64,000 nucleotides of DNA from Octopus vulgaris (GCA_951406725.2 OX597834.1:2976001-3040000); one strand, 5' to 3'; shown: positions 26,265 to 40,701, counted from the stretch's first letter. Program-made: numbers and translations. Notes: a model not told the origin generated them from the letters alone.

Positions 26265-26725
26265 TGTTTTGTCTTAGTATAAAAGATGCGCTACAGCAAA
26301 TATTCTGCTCAACACCACAGATTTACTTGTCAGTTGTCTGACCTTAACCAGCTGAACATGTCCCTTAGTGACTGACGATATGTGCATCTCTGATCACGAG
26401 CAGAGATTGAGAGGAATTCTTTGGTGTTTGAATAATTCACCTTTGGAAGCACGGATGTTTCGTTCAACATCCTTGAACAACCCTTATTTAGGGACCTTTT
26501 GAGCGTGATGGGTTACTCGACCAGAAGAAAATTCTAACTGGTCCTCACCTGCAAGGTCATGTGCTGTTTATCTTGATATGAGCCACCACCCATGTCACGC
26601 ACATATGGTTGTGATGCATATGCCTGGTGCACCCTTATCAGATGGGTAGTCATGATGGGTATACTGGGCTTCGTATATTTTACCCCATTTTCACTTTGAT
26701 GGCATGCACTGCTCTCTCACACATT
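26265..26725. repeat. Unclassified non-coding interspersed repeat (probable retroelement UTR)
   Basis: A complex, GC-richer block with no credible ORF, bounded by TAA-like repeat and a SINE fragment. It resembles a sequence I recall as repetitive in octopus, which I could not verify. Confidence 0.3.
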
Positions 26726-28381
26726 AAAAACTGCTTCAAATTTTGTTACAGGACTAACAGTTGTATGGGGAGGAGAGGGTCGACAATATCGCCCCCACCC
26801 CAGTACCTGACTAGTACCTTCATTTTGACCCATCGCACACATACAAACATATGTTAGCATGTATGTATGCATATACAACAAGCTTCAGCGCAGTTACCTA
26901 CTTTCACCTACAGATCATTATCCATGCCTGTAATGAAGCACATGGCACATAGCCAAGGTGATATGTAATGGGTCAGGCACTGAACTGCAGCCTTGCTGGG
27001 GCACCGACAAAATCAAAATCCAGTGCACTGTTAGGCCAGGTACTCACCTTAACGGGGTTTTTTTGCCGAACCGCTACGTAACGGGGGTATAGACTAAATA
27101 TCACCGGTTATCAAGCGGGGGTTCGGGGCAAATACACACATACACACACACACAAAAAAAACACATACACACAGACAAAGACACACACTTACACACACAT
27201 ACACGCAAACACATATCAACGCACCTGTCTATATCGTCCCCTCCATCTCCCCCACTTCGGTTTGCTAGAAATCTTTGGACTTTCACTCGTATCTCGACTT
27301 TTCTTTCCCACGTCACTCACACGCACGCGCGCACACAGACACACACACACACCTCCTTTCTGGTAATTCCTCTGGCTCCACCGATTCTACAGCAATGTCT
27401 CTGACTTCGATTCCAGGACACAGCAAATATTGTCCTGTTCACCTCTCAACTTAGGTACACCCAGCCGCATCACGTGGGTGCCGCCTGCCATCAACACATT
27501 GATGCATTCACGTCGCAACCACACAATTTCGTTCACACTGACACAGAATCCAGTATATGTCTATTGAGGGGAGGGGTATTTTTTCTCAACCCCCAACCCT
27601 ACCGATTCCACCACACCCTCCTTTCTCAACATTCGCTTCCTGAAATCACATTCTGTAACGGTTCTGATCTTCTATCGAAAACTTCAGGTCTGTTCTTGAA
27701 AAAAATTCTTCATCTACGTGACATTGTTGCCAGGAGTTTCCTTGCTTCCACAAACCTGGAACCAACCCAGGAAGAAAATCACAGACAAAAAAAGGGTAAA
27801 TGATTTCAAAATAAACTTAATAAAATTGCTTTAACACTTTCCTTGTTGACATCGTTTTTTATCTAAGACTTTTGAAGCTCCAAACGTGACAGGATCGCTC
27901 TTATAGCGATTGTGTTGTCATTGTGTACAAATCATGTATTTTCCAATAATTAGTTACATAGAATATTATTTGTTTAATTACCTTAACTACCATTTCGTTT
28001 GTTTTTGTTTATTTTTTGTTTAAAAAAAAGCAGCATTGCTGTTTTTTTTTTATATTTCTCTAACCAAAATTTTAAGGAAAGGTGTGTCTCTGTCACTTTA
28101 TTTCCGTTTATCTCAGCAATATCGATATAGTCGTGCCCTAGCTACAATATTTGTTCCTTTCTCTGCCAAATAATTAATTATTCTACTAATTACACAATCC
28201 CAAAGTGATCGGCCAGCTTCGACTATACGTCTACTAATCAAACATTATATCGACGGCAAATTCTGAAATACATTGTGTGTGTGTGTGTGTGTATCACTAG
28301 TCACTAGATATTCAGTGAATCTTAACAGGTCGACTTTGAGGTCTGTCTTCGACATTCTCATATATATAAGTATGTATATAT

Positions 28382-28426
<45 letters not shown>

Positions 28427-28456
28427 CATATATATATGTGTATATATATACATATA

Positions 28457-28491
<35 letters not shown>

Positions 28492-28502
28492 ACACACACA
28501 CT

Positions 28503-28545
<43 letters not shown>

Positions 28546-28561
28546 CACACACACATCATAC

Positions 28562-28605
<44 letters not shown>

Positions 28606-28699
28606 AGAAACGCGCGCGTCGTCTTGACATCATAGGAAAGAACATGAATAATTTTTTTCTTCTTTTTCTTTTTAATGCCGACTCCTTAATGTGCGTGTT

Positions 28700-29028
<329 letters not shown>

Positions 29029-29074
29029 TATTCTAGTTGAAACTAGAAAAAAAAAAAAATATATATATATATAT

Positions 29075-29444
29075 AAGTTCAGCAAAATTTAGATTCAGAT
29101 GAATAGGGTACTTAAGTTAAAGGCACCAGAATTTGGTATGGTATAATCCATATAAATCAAATGGGGGTGATTATAATCAAAATAAGCAACAAAGATATCC
29201 AAGGTAGTGTAGTACAATCGTTTCATGCTACTTCATTTTGTTAAACAATATAAGTATTATATCAGATAAGTATAAAAATGTACATTGTCCATTTAATTTT
29301 AAATATTCCCTATGTGGCTGAAGATTGCTTTACATTTTAAAACAGGTGTAATACTTACATTGTTTAATAAAATGAGGTAGCATGAAACGATTGTACTACA
29401 CAACCTTGGATATCCTTGTTGCTTATTTTGATTATAATCACCCC

Positions 29445-29445
<1 letters not shown>
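29075..29445 (+). mobile_element. Non-coding foldback element carrying a hammerhead motif, flanked by (TA)n
   Basis: 96-bp inverted arms at 29164-29259 and 29349-29444 (5 mismatches by eye). It is homologous to 18945-19230 and 6323-6480. Confidence 0.75.
29313..29400 (+). ncRNA. Type I hammerhead ribozyme motif
   Basis: TGTGG-CTGAAGA(29318-24)-TTGCT...AGCAT-GAAA(29384-87)-C-GATT-G-TA-CTACA. Stem I is 5 bp, and the first stem II pair is mismatched. Confidence 0.65.
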
Positions 29446-29518
<73 letters not shown>

Positions 29519-29759
29519 ATGTATGTATGTATGCATGGATGGATGGATGGATGGATGGATGGATGGATGGATGGATGGATGGATGGATATATACACACAC
29601 ATGCACACACACACACACACATACACGAGCATGCATATAAGTATACATTTATAGGTCTGTGTGTGTGTGTGCAGATTCATGAAAACGCTTATATTACTAC
29701 AGCGTTGACTTGATAAAATACATACAATGCAGTCATGTGACAACCTATACAATGTGACG

Positions 29760-30040
29760 TCTCCTGGTGGCACTCCGTCGGTTACGACGAGGAGTGTTCC
29801 AGTTGATCCGATCAACGGAACAGCCTACTCATGAAATTAACGTGCAAGTGGTTGAGCACTCCACAGATACGGATGCCTTTAACGTGGTTCTCAGGGAGAT
29901 TCAGCGTGACGCAGAGTTTGACAAGGCTGGCCCTTTGAAATATAAGTGTAAAAGAAACAGGGAGGAAGAGTGAGAGGAAGTTTTGGTAAATGAGTACAGC
30001 AGGGTTCGCCACCACCCCCTGTCGGAGCCTCGTGGATGAC
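29760..30040 (+). mobile_element. SINE-like body fragment ('GATCAACGGAACAGCCT.CTC.TGAAATTAACGTGCAAGTGG.TGAGCACTCCACAGA')
   Basis: A non-coding GC-richer block resembling a cephalopod SINE central domain, recalled from memory. The family name is not verified. Confidence 0.45.
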
Positions 30041-30119
30041 ATCCTCCGACACAGACATGTCAGATTATTCTGCACCAGCGAGATTCATTACAGTTTCTAC
30101 ACTCAAACAGGACGAAGAT

Positions 30120-30325
30120 GGACGAAATGCTCAGCGGTATTTCGTCTGCCGTTACGTTCTGAGTTCAAACTCCGCCGAGGTTGACTTTGCCTTTCATCCT
30201 TTCGGGGTCGATTAAATAAGTACCAGTTACGCACTGGGATCGATATAATCGGCTTAATCCCTTTGTCTGTCCTTGTTTTTCCTCTCTGTGTTTAGCCCCT
30301 TGTGGCCAATAAAGAAATAGGTATT
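30120..30325 (+). mobile_element. SINE family B
   Basis: GAGTTCAAACTCCGCCGAGGTTGACTTTGCCTTTCATCCTTTCGGGGTCGATTAAATAAGTACCAG...AATAAAGAAATAG. Confidence 0.8.
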
Positions 30326-31020
30326 TCGTGATTTTTCACTTTTCGCTTCAATCTTCTTCGCGGTTTTTCCTTCTGGGGTTTTTCTACCTCCTTTTCTCTC
30401 ATGCTTTCTCATAGTCCAGGCTCCCGGTATTTAAATGAATATAACATTATGAATTAAGCCTGAAAGATTGCCTGGAGATAAATGACATATTATATAAACC
30501 TTCCAGTTTAATGTATCTTGAAGCCTGAAACTATTGGTAGCTTTTTGTAATTTTGTGTGTGTGTGTGTGTGTGTGTCGCTAATATATTATATATTTTGTG
30601 CTCAATTTACTTGTTGACTAATGTCCATAGGGAACGGTACGTCATTTAGTGCAGACATTTTAATTCGGGACATATTGTATTGCCGTTTGAGGAGAGAATC
30701 TACTTGTGTTTTGATGCCAACCAATTCGATGACTGACGATTCGTGGATTAAAAAAATAACGTTTAATTAATTCATTATTCCTTATTCAAATACGCAACAG
30801 TAAAGGGACTGTTTCATGTGAAAACTCTCTCGAGTGCGCGTGCGCGTACACACACACACATACTCATACATACACACAGATACGCTTATATCTATAGACA
30901 TATAATGTATTGGTTCGTGGTGTAATTAAACAAAGAGAGCAATCCATCTGGTGAGAGTTAGATATTGTTATTTAAGGATATGTACTGTGAAGCTTAAACA
31001 GCAATATATAAACACACGTA

Positions 31021-31130
<110 letters not shown>

Positions 31131-31767
31131 CATATATCTGTGTGTATGTATATATATATCTACATATGCTCATACATATACAAACATGTACATATAAATG
31201 TATATGTATATACATATATATTATGTACATAAACAGATACATATATACACACATATATATTTATACATACATGCATAGATATACATATATAGATAAATAT
31301 ATGTATATACACACACATATATATTTACATATATATATATATATATATATATACACCATTTAATAAATAAAACATATGCATACATACATATATGTACATA
31401 CCTACATCTATATGTATATATACATGCATATATGAGTACAGGACACCACAAATAAACGTAGAACACAACGAGAAACGAAAACATAGAAACAAAACAAGGA
31501 AACGGACTTTTTTTAACAACGAAAAAACAGAGTACAAGACAAACAACAGAGGGAACATTCCCCTTCTTTAGCTGCCCCTGATTTAACTCAATGTGTGTTT
31601 CGAAGGTAAGAGCAGAACACGGCTACGCTGAAACACTCCTTCCCGCGAAAAAATTAAATAAATTTTTTTTTGCGGAGGGGTAAAAAAAGATGACAAAAAC
31701 AGGACGTAAAAGCAATACAAATAAAGAAAAAAAAACAGTACAAATAAAAATAAAAACAGTAAAAGAC

Positions 31768-31943
<176 letters not shown>

Positions 31944-32400
31944 TCCGATCCATGGCCAATTTCTCTGCAATTTAATCGTCTCACCTCAGCCATTCTTCCT
32001 TGCTACAATCAAACCTTCTTCCTGTTTAGCAAAGTATAGCGAGGAGTGGGGCAACGAGCCGTGCTCGGCAAACGAGTAGCCCTGGGGTTAACTTACCCAT
32101 CCTAGAAATGGCATAATTAAATTAACGATTTACAAACGACAGAAAATTAAATGATTCAATTAGTGAGAAGTGACAGGCGTAAATAAGGTGCATTGGGAAT
32201 GTGCATATGTGCATGTATGTTTGTATTTATGTATGTGTTTATGTATGTGTTTATGTATGTGTTTATGTATGTGTCTATATAGATAGAATGATAGCTAGAC
32301 GCACACATACATGCGTAATTATATAGAGATGTGCGTATGTATAGTGCGTGTGTGTTCAAATGTTCAAATATAAAAACGTACACGTAGTCATACATGTGTG

Positions 32401-32431
<31 letters not shown>

Positions 32432-32518
32432 GTATGTATATATATATATATATATATATCTGTAAGCATATGAATATTATATATATATATATATATATAT
32501 CTGTAAGCATATGAATAT

Positions 32519-32571
<53 letters not shown>

Positions 32572-33027
32572 CGCAAGAGAGAGAGAGATCTGTGTGTGTA
32601 TGTATGTGTGCACATATAGATTTGGAGAAGGGGAGGGGAAAACTGACTGAGGGAAGAGAGAGCGAATGATAAAAATGAAGAGGAAGGAAAGGAGGAGGAG
32701 GAATAAGAAGGGGGAAGAAGAAGAGTGGTGGAGGAGGAGGAGGAGGAGGAGGAGGGGAAGAGGAGGTCGCCAGTGAATATTGAAATCGCATCTCTGTTAA
32801 TTAAAACCGGTTTTCAGTCGTTCCCTGCCTCTTGTGTTCTTGTGTTTAATAGGGGTTCGTCTATTGGTGCGTGTGGACCCTTTAAGGGCTACAGAAATTT
32901 AAAGAACGGAGAACATCCATAGGAACTGCTTCAGATAACATGGTCTTGTTTGCCAACTGTACATTGGTTGGTGAAGTCTTTGGGATTACCGATCGAAGGG
33001 TCGTGAGTTCGAATATACCCGACTCTG

Positions 33028-33157
33028 TAGAGGCACAGGCAACCTTTTTCGAGAAGCGGGCCGCAGGGGATATAAATAATCATTAGGCGGGTCGCATTAC
33101 TAGTTTACCATTAACATTAAGAAAGTCCCTCGGGCCGCACTTACCCGTGATTGCTCT
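33028..33157. mobile_element. Possible hAT (Charlie-like) MITE remnant
   Basis: 'GGCAACCTTTTT...GCGGGCCGCA...GCGGGTCGCA...CGGGCCGCACTTACCCGTG': a repeated subterminal CGGGCCGCA motif, typical of hAT ends. Confidence 0.4.
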
Positions 33158-33544
33158 GCACTTTCTAATGTGTTTGCTCGCCAATTAAATTATTGCTGCT
33201 CTTGTTGTGGCTTTTGTTCCTGTTCTTGTTGTTGATGTTGTTATTCTTCTTTTCCTTGTTTCGTCCCAAGTCTGTCCTGACTGCTCAGTCAGCTAGAAAT
33301 AGCAGCACATGCCGTATAACGTCACGCAGAGGTCACTTTTGTATTTTCTCTGTCTCCCAACTGTCCTTTCTGGACACGGACAATTTTTTCTCCCTTTCCT
33401 CTTCTCTGTTTCTCGGAGTCTATAAAACAACGTCTGAGTGTTTCGCATTTGCCGAACGATCTGCACAAATGGTTTGTAGTAATCGATTATATTTGCCACA
33501 CATTATTAGCTCACTCTCCCTCCGTCAAATCGACGTCGTCTGGA

Positions 33545-33690
33545 CAGGTGCACAGGTGTGCCACACGTCAGGTGTCGAAGTGATCGCAGAGCAACGTGAG
33601 GTGAAGTGTTTTGCTCAAGAACACAACGCACCTCCCGGTCTAGGAATTGAAACCACAATCTGGCGATAATGAGTACAACACCTTAACGCG
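33545..33690 (-). mobile_element. tRNA-headed CORE/V-like SINE, 5' part
   Basis: The minus strand reads GTTAAGGTGTTG...GGTTTCAATTCC...GCGTTGTGTTCTTGAGCAAAACACTTCACCTCACGTTGCTC. Confidence 0.6.
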
Positions 33691-33931
33691 ATCTCGAGTT
33701 CAGCATGATAAGCATGTGCCTTCACATATGTGTGTGTGTGTGTGTGTGTGTGTAAAGACGATTTCTCCATTTGCTTATTGGCTTTGTATACATTAAACTA
33801 TGGGTTACCTTTATATTGCCTATTACCGTATACCTTATAACAAGGGCCATACATACTGTGGTAATTACCAGGAGTGCCTCTGGATACATCTATCCCCTAG
33901 ATGGTTTCAATACCTCTAACTTATATCTTAC

Positions 33932-33999
<68 letters not shown>

Positions 34000-34694
34000 T
34001 ATACAGTGAAAGAGTGTGAGTGACCAGGTCGCTGATGATGCGACGAAAATTATTTTTGCTTAAAAGAGGAAGCGATAAAGAAAAAAAAAAACTCTCCAGT
34101 TTTCAAAGATTAACAAATATCTTAAAAGTAAATGCACACTATACACCGGTCTAAACCATGTTGATGATAATTGAAAGAAGATAGAAAAAATGATGAAACA
34201 TTATCTCGATGAAGACGCCATTACTATCTGTCTAACTTCACAAGCACCACATCAATGGCCGGCTGAAATGTGGGAGATTTTTTTTTCTCTGTTGCAGCTT
34301 GTAGATTGCTTCAAGCAATTATTGAAATTTCCTGCAAATGAAGATACAAAAGAGATATTGCAAGTTCTTGCAATTCGTTTGTTTTTCACGCAAAAGATAA
34401 TGTTGATATTGAAATTAACTGTTAAAAAACAACAATAAAACTGGAAACAACTGGAATCTTCTGCTGCAGATGTTTCTAATATTTTGTTTAATTTGGGAAA
34501 AAAAATATATATTAAAAACATGATAAGATGTTCAATGTTTTGGCTATCAAATTCACCAACGTTTTATGCAAAAGAAAAAAAAAACATTCAAATGTTTTAC
34601 AGATAACAAAAAAACATTTAAATGTTTTTGAAATAAAAAGAAACAAATTATTAAAATCTTCGAATTGTTTCGCAATTCTATGATTAAAAGAAGT

Positions 34695-34926
34695 CTTTTA
34701 TTCTTCTACTGATTGCCATCATTGGACTGGGGCCACGCCCAGGCACCGCCTTGAAGTGTTTGGTCGATCAAACTGAACCTGGTATTTATTATTTTAAAGT
34801 CTGGTCCTTATTCTATCAGTCCCTTTTTCCTTTGAGCCGCTACGTTAGGGGGATGTAAACAAAAGAACACCGTGTGTCAAGCGGGGACAAATACAAGACA
34901 AACCATGCACGCAAATACACATATAC

Positions 34927-34973
<47 letters not shown>

Positions 34974-35105
34974 CACATATATATATACACACTACGGGCT
35001 TCTATACATTGTTCGACCCAGAATTGCCCAAGGTTCCGCGCAGAGAAACCGAAGGGACGTGGTTTCGAAGAGAACTTCTTGACCACCCAGTCATGACAGC
35101 TCCTG
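34695..35105 (-). mobile_element. SINE family A, diverged full-length copy
   Basis: Reverse-complement similarity to 50663-51098 across the head, the internal (TG)n and the tail. Confidence 0.65.
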
Positions 35106-35217
35106 AAGAATAAACAAAAATATATTAGACTTCCGATAAATCTCAAATCTTACATTCCTAGAAATTCCATTTCCAAAATATCACCAATTTGTTGATTTAA
35201 AAGCAAATGAGCAACTT

Positions 35218-35660
35218 AGACGGCGAACTGGCCGAATGGTTAGCATACCGGACAAAAAGCTCAACGGCGAGCTAGCAGAAGCGTTAGCACACCGGACGAA
35301 ATGCTTTGCGGTACTTCGTTGTGAGTTCAAATTCCGCCGAGGTCGACTTTGCCTTTCATCCTTTCGGGGTCGATAAATTAAGTACCAGTTACGCACTGGG
35401 GTCGATGTAATCGACATAATACCTATGTCTGTCCTTGTTTGTCCCCTCTATGTTTAGCCCCTTGTGGGTAATAAAGAAATAGAAATAGGCATTTCGTTCA
35501 CCTCTTTACGTTCTGAGTTCAAACCCCGCCAAGGTCGACTTATCCTTTTGGAGTCGATGAAATAAGAACCAGCTGAGCACTGGCGTCGATGTAATCTACT
35601 TACTCCCCCACCCACCCACCCACCCACCCACAACTCTCACAATTTACTGGGATTGGACCA
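35218..35660 (+). mobile_element. SINE family B, composite/tandem copies
   Basis: Duplicated head (35220 and 35265), a full body to about 35485, then a second B-box and body at 35490-35660. Confidence 0.75.
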
Positions 35661-36184
35661 GAACCCTGTTCAGGAAGAGTGTTGTGATCTCGATCACCAT
35701 GGAAACTGTGCAACCGGCATTCTGAGTCTTAGGGTTCGAGCGAAAAAAAAACATAAACGGTCCGAATTTCTTCAATTTTTACACGATACACATTAAAAAA
35801 TGGCGTCTGTAATATGATTTTATAAAACGATGATGTTTAAATGCTTTTAAGATATTTTCGTTTGTGTTTCCAATTCCGGAGACTTCTGTGTCCTGCAAAT
35901 GGGTTCTCTTAGCGAAATGAATTTTAAATGCATAAAGGCAACAAAACAAAAAGACAAATAGACGGTGTAATTAATAAAATTAATAAAATTATTCCAAGTT
36001 AATTAAGATATTTCAAATTACGAGAAAATTGTTAACATATCTTTTTTTTTTCTCGGGAGAAAATTTTAAAGTGATTCACTTTTTCTAAAATAAGCAAAAA
36101 CAAATGCAGTAAAAATAAAATTTTTAAAAATTACAAATCCTTAATTATTCTAAATGTATTTAATTATTGTAAATGCATTGAATA

Positions 36185-36370
36185 TTGGTTCCAAATTTTG
36201 GCACAAGGAAGAAGCTAAGTCGATTAAGTCGACCCCAGTATTCAACTGGGACTTATTTTATCGACCCCGAAAAGATAAATGGCAAAGTCAACCTCGGCGA
36301 AATTTGAAGTTAGAACGTAAAGCCGGAAGAAGCACTTTGTCCGGCATGCTAACCATTCTGCCATCTCGCT
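36185..36370 (-). mobile_element. SINE family B
   Basis: TTTATCGACCCCGAAAAGATAAATGGCAAAGTCAACCTCGGCGAAATTTGAA...TGCTAACCATTCTGCCATCTCGCTGC. Confidence 0.75.
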
Positions 36371-36384
36371 GCTTTAAGCACATT

Positions 36385-36800
36385 GAATATTGATGCCATC
36401 TTTCAACTGGTGCCTCCTGTGAATATCGTAATTTGCTTGGAAGAATTTCAGAATCACGTTAACATGGTTCCTCTTCTTTCTACAAGGTTTGATTCTTTCG
36501 CTCATCGTCGGAATGTATCTTTGTTGTGTTGTTTCCTATAAGTATTTCTATGGTCATTGCTCTGATGAACTTTCTGGCCTACTTCCCTCTGTCAACACCT
36601 GCAAACGAGTCACTCACTTCTCTTCCCGCCTGCATCATTTCTCTGCCGATCTCCCTCTTGCTCACAAATCCTTTTATTTTGATATTTCCTTTCCTAGAAT
36701 CGCTGCTCTCTGGAAATCACTACCATCGTCTTGTTTTCTTCTGGTCTATGATATTCACTCCTTAAAGCTTTCTGCCAATATTTGATATTCTAGACCCTTT
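36385..36800 (+). mobile_element. LINE (Jockey/CR1-group) ORF2 C-terminal fragment
   Basis: 'SFAHRRNVS..YKYFYGHCSDELSGLLP...SFPRIAALWKSLPSSCF..YDI' matches the HRR...F.PR...LWN.LP C-terminus. Confidence 0.7.
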
Positions 36801-36849
36801 CTTTTCTTTGTTTTTTTAGTCCCTTACGCTACTGTAGCCTCAGACACAC

Positions 36850-36928
<79 letters not shown>

Positions 36929-37012
36929 CGGGTACATAGGTGAGAGTACAGATATATCAACAGATATGCAGGTAGAGAAATATATTAATAGATATAGTAA
37001 TAGGTAGATAGA

Positions 37013-37145
37013 TAAATGCTTAGCGGTTTTGAGTTCAAATTCCGCTACGGTCGACTTTGCCTCTGCTCCTTTCGGGGTCGATAAATTAAATACCAGTCGA
37101 GACTTACTCACCCGGACTTGCCGGCCTCATGCAAAATTTGAAATC
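37013..37145 (+). mobile_element. SINE family B fragment
   Basis: GAGTTCAAATTCCGCTACGGTCGACTTTGCCTCTGCTCCTTTCGGGGTCGATAAATTAAATACCAG. Confidence 0.7.
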
Positions 37146-37520
37146 AGTATTTGTAAGATGAGAGTATTTTGTCGGTTTTCCTCTCAAAGTCGGTCCATTT
37201 GATTGTTTTCATCCCGTGTGTTTCTTCTCCTTGTCTCCCTTGACACATTAACCAACTCCCACTCTCACCCCACCCACCCCCGTAGAACGCCACCTCGCAC
37301 CACACCTCCTTTCTTCAACTAATTCCACCTCATCTGCTCCCATCCCCCCACCCCAGCCCCGATCCACTTTTTTTTTATTCCCCGCTAAAAGTCTTCGCTT
37401 CTTCTCGTATTCTCCGCGAACAGAAACATACATACATCCTCGCTTCCATAGCAACGTGCAGACACACACACACACACACCCTAAGGGGAAAACATTGATC
37501 GTACTGTGAAATAGACATTT

Positions 37521-37563
<43 letters not shown>

Positions 37564-37687
37564 AGACCTGATAAACACAGACAGACAGACAGAGGAGTAC
37601 GCATGCAGAAACCTTATACACAGACATACACATTTACTGAAATACATATATACGGCCAGAGAGGCATAAGAACACATTCTCTCTCGC

Positions 37688-37735
<48 letters not shown>

Positions 37736-38272
37736 ACGCACACACACACACACACAAACAAACAATCGCACACTCACACAAAACTCGACAGATAAGCAGA
37801 TAGTGAAACACACTAAAAAGGACAGACACAGATAGACAAGCATACACACAGAGACTAACGTACACACACACACACACACACGCATACAAGTACACAGATA
37901 CACACACACACACACACACATACACCCCCACACACACTATGGTAAACTCACATATTCATACGGCAACACACAAGTCAGACATTGGTTCGGATCAACCAAG
38001 TTTTGCTCGGCGTTTTCTCATTTTTTCTTTTTTTTGTCTTCTGTTGAAGATCTTTGCAATTGTTTGGTGGAATGAAAGAATTAGTTAAGTTTTATTTATT
38101 AGTAGACCAATGGAAAGGTCATGGAAAATCGTAGAATGACTTCTAATAGACTCACAGAATGGGGGACACACACACAATACCCACGCGTATATGTATGTAT
38201 ATATATATATAGCTGTGAGTATAAATATATAGAGAGAGATATGTGTATGCATCTATGTAAGTATATGTATGT

Positions 38273-38323
<51 letters not shown>

Positions 38324-38520
38324 CCTACATGTGAGATTACACATATACAGTATATAATCTATATAGCTATAGATCGCATATATATATATATATATACATA
38401 CATAAATATATGTATATTATGTGTGTATATATTTATATGTATATATATATACACACAAACACACAGATATATATATATACACATACATACGCACATATAC
38501 ATACATATATAAAAACACTC

Positions 38521-38552
<32 letters not shown>

Positions 38553-38893
38553 GTACATTTAAACATTAAGAACATGAAGTCTTCTGATTTGTACAAGATT
38601 ATATGACACAGCACATTACATGACTGAGTATATATATATATCTGAGTATGTGTGTATATACTTGTGTGTGTATGTTTATTTGTAAGTGCGTGTATATATG
38701 TGTGGGTTTTATTGCGACACATGCAGCTTGAAATGGTGGAATGGAAGCAAATTGCCTCTCTTAGTATTACTACCATTACTAATAGATATACACAACTAGC
38801 AACCTGTTTATACAGTTCTGTGTCTCTGATACAGAGTTATTCAACTACCTATGAATGCACGTTCTGCGGATCTTTTTCTCTTTCCTTCTCGCT

Positions 38894-38981
<88 letters not shown>

Positions 38982-39120
38982 AGGGATGGATGCGTGATCT
39001 GTTTACAGATAGATAGATATTTATTTGTTAGTTTCAGCTGGAGAAATGTAGCCATACTGGGACACCGCCGTTAAAAGTAAAAGAGCAACGCTTGAACTCT
39101 GATCACTGACTTCGGGATCT

Positions 39121-39225
39121 AGACTACTAACAGTTGCACTATAGAAACTTTGACTAATTCATACGTTTATATATGCATATACGTATATGCATGTATTTAC
39201 ATATATGCAAATTTGATTGGTTCTA

Positions 39226-39267
<42 letters not shown>

Positions 39268-39383
39268 TACTAACATATAGACTCCTGACAGTTACACTAT
39301 AGAACCTTTGACTAATTCATACGTTTATATATGCATATATGTATATGCATGCATTTACATATATGCAAATTTGATTGGTTCTA

Positions 39384-39440
<57 letters not shown>
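39121..39440 (+). repeat. Tandem duplication, period about 158 bp
   Basis: 'AGACT.CT.ACAGTT.CACTATAGAA.CTTTGACTAATTCATACG...GCAAATTTGATTGGTTCTAATG(TA)n' occurs at 39121 and 39279. Confidence 0.85.
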
Positions 39441-39446
<6 letters not shown>

Positions 39447-39906
39447 TATATACATATGTTTGTTTGTATGTATGTGCGTGTATATGTATGTATATATGAT
39501 GGCTTCCACAAAGCGATATTGGTCTATCGTCTGCCACAGTCAACGACTGAAAGCTTTGCTTACAGACTTCTATCTTGTACGTTTTTACGCTTATATATAT
39601 ATATATATATATATATATCCACACAAATCTGTGAGAACATTTATACATACACACACTCACACACACACACAGCGTTGTAAAGCCGTTTCACAGCGCTTTT
39701 GGTCATTTGTTGTTTTACATTTTTTTTTTTCGAATAAAAGCCGTTGTTGTATGAAAAGACCTTAAGGAGCGACGACACCGCATTACAGCTTGCTAAGCTA
39801 GACATTCGTATAAACATATATATCTAGCTCTATTTTTTTCAAGTATTGCGTCCTTTATTTAGCATGTGAAAGCCATTGTTCGTACGAATAAACCCATAAC
39901 AATATA

Positions 39907-39956
<50 letters not shown>

Positions 39957-39963
<7 letters not shown>

Positions 39964-40350
39964 TCGTATGTATGTATGTGTGTATGTATGTATGTATGTA
40001 TGTATGTGTGTATGTATGTATGTATGTATGTATGTATGTGTGTATGTATGTATGTGTGTATGTATGTGTGTATGTATGTATGTATGTGTGTATGTATGTA
40101 AGTATGTATGTATGTATGTATGTATGTATGTATGTGTGTATGTATGTGTGTATGTATGTATGTATGTATGTATGTATGTGTGTATGTATGTATGTATGTG
40201 TGTATGTATGTATGTATGTGTGTATGTATGTATGTATGTATGTATGTATGTATGTATGTATGTGTGTATGTATGTATGTATGTATGTGTGTATGTATGTG
40301 TGTATGTATGTATGTATGTATGTATGTATGTATGTATGTGTGTATGTATG

Positions 40351-40389
<39 letters not shown>

Positions 40390-40390
40390 T
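39957..40390. repeat. (TATG)n/(TG)n compound microsatellite
   Basis: Direct reading. Confidence 0.95.
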
Positions 40391-40666
40391 TACATATATG
40401 CATATGTGTGTGCCGGCTATTTTGCGCTGTTCTGCAATGTTCCTCACAGATACACGTTTCTCTCTGTTGTCTCTTCTTTTTTTTCGTTGATTTCCCATTG
40501 AATCGCGTCAGTCCCATTGCGAGGATGGCGTGTCACACTGCTGACTACTTTAAAGGTCAACATTTTGTATTTTTTGAATTAAATAACAGAACACTACTGA
40601 CGACATAGCTACAAGGCATTTCTTTTTTTATCTCTCCTGCCCTCTCTCACTTATCTTTCTCTTTTT

Positions 40667-40701
<35 letters not shown>

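Noticed and set aside
31555-31610. Minus-strand CCTTC-GAAA...CTAAAGA-AGGGG, a possible permuted hammerhead
   Set aside because: The core is mutated and I could not build stems I and III.
34028-34055. CTGATGA-TGCGAC-GAAA
   Set aside because: There is no stem II pairing and no stem III/UH/stem I. GTCGC/GCGAC forms a different hairpin.
39121-39440. Repeat-spacer-like pattern (CRISPR?)
   Set aside because: Only two long units separated by (TA)n, in eukaryotic DNA with no cas genes.
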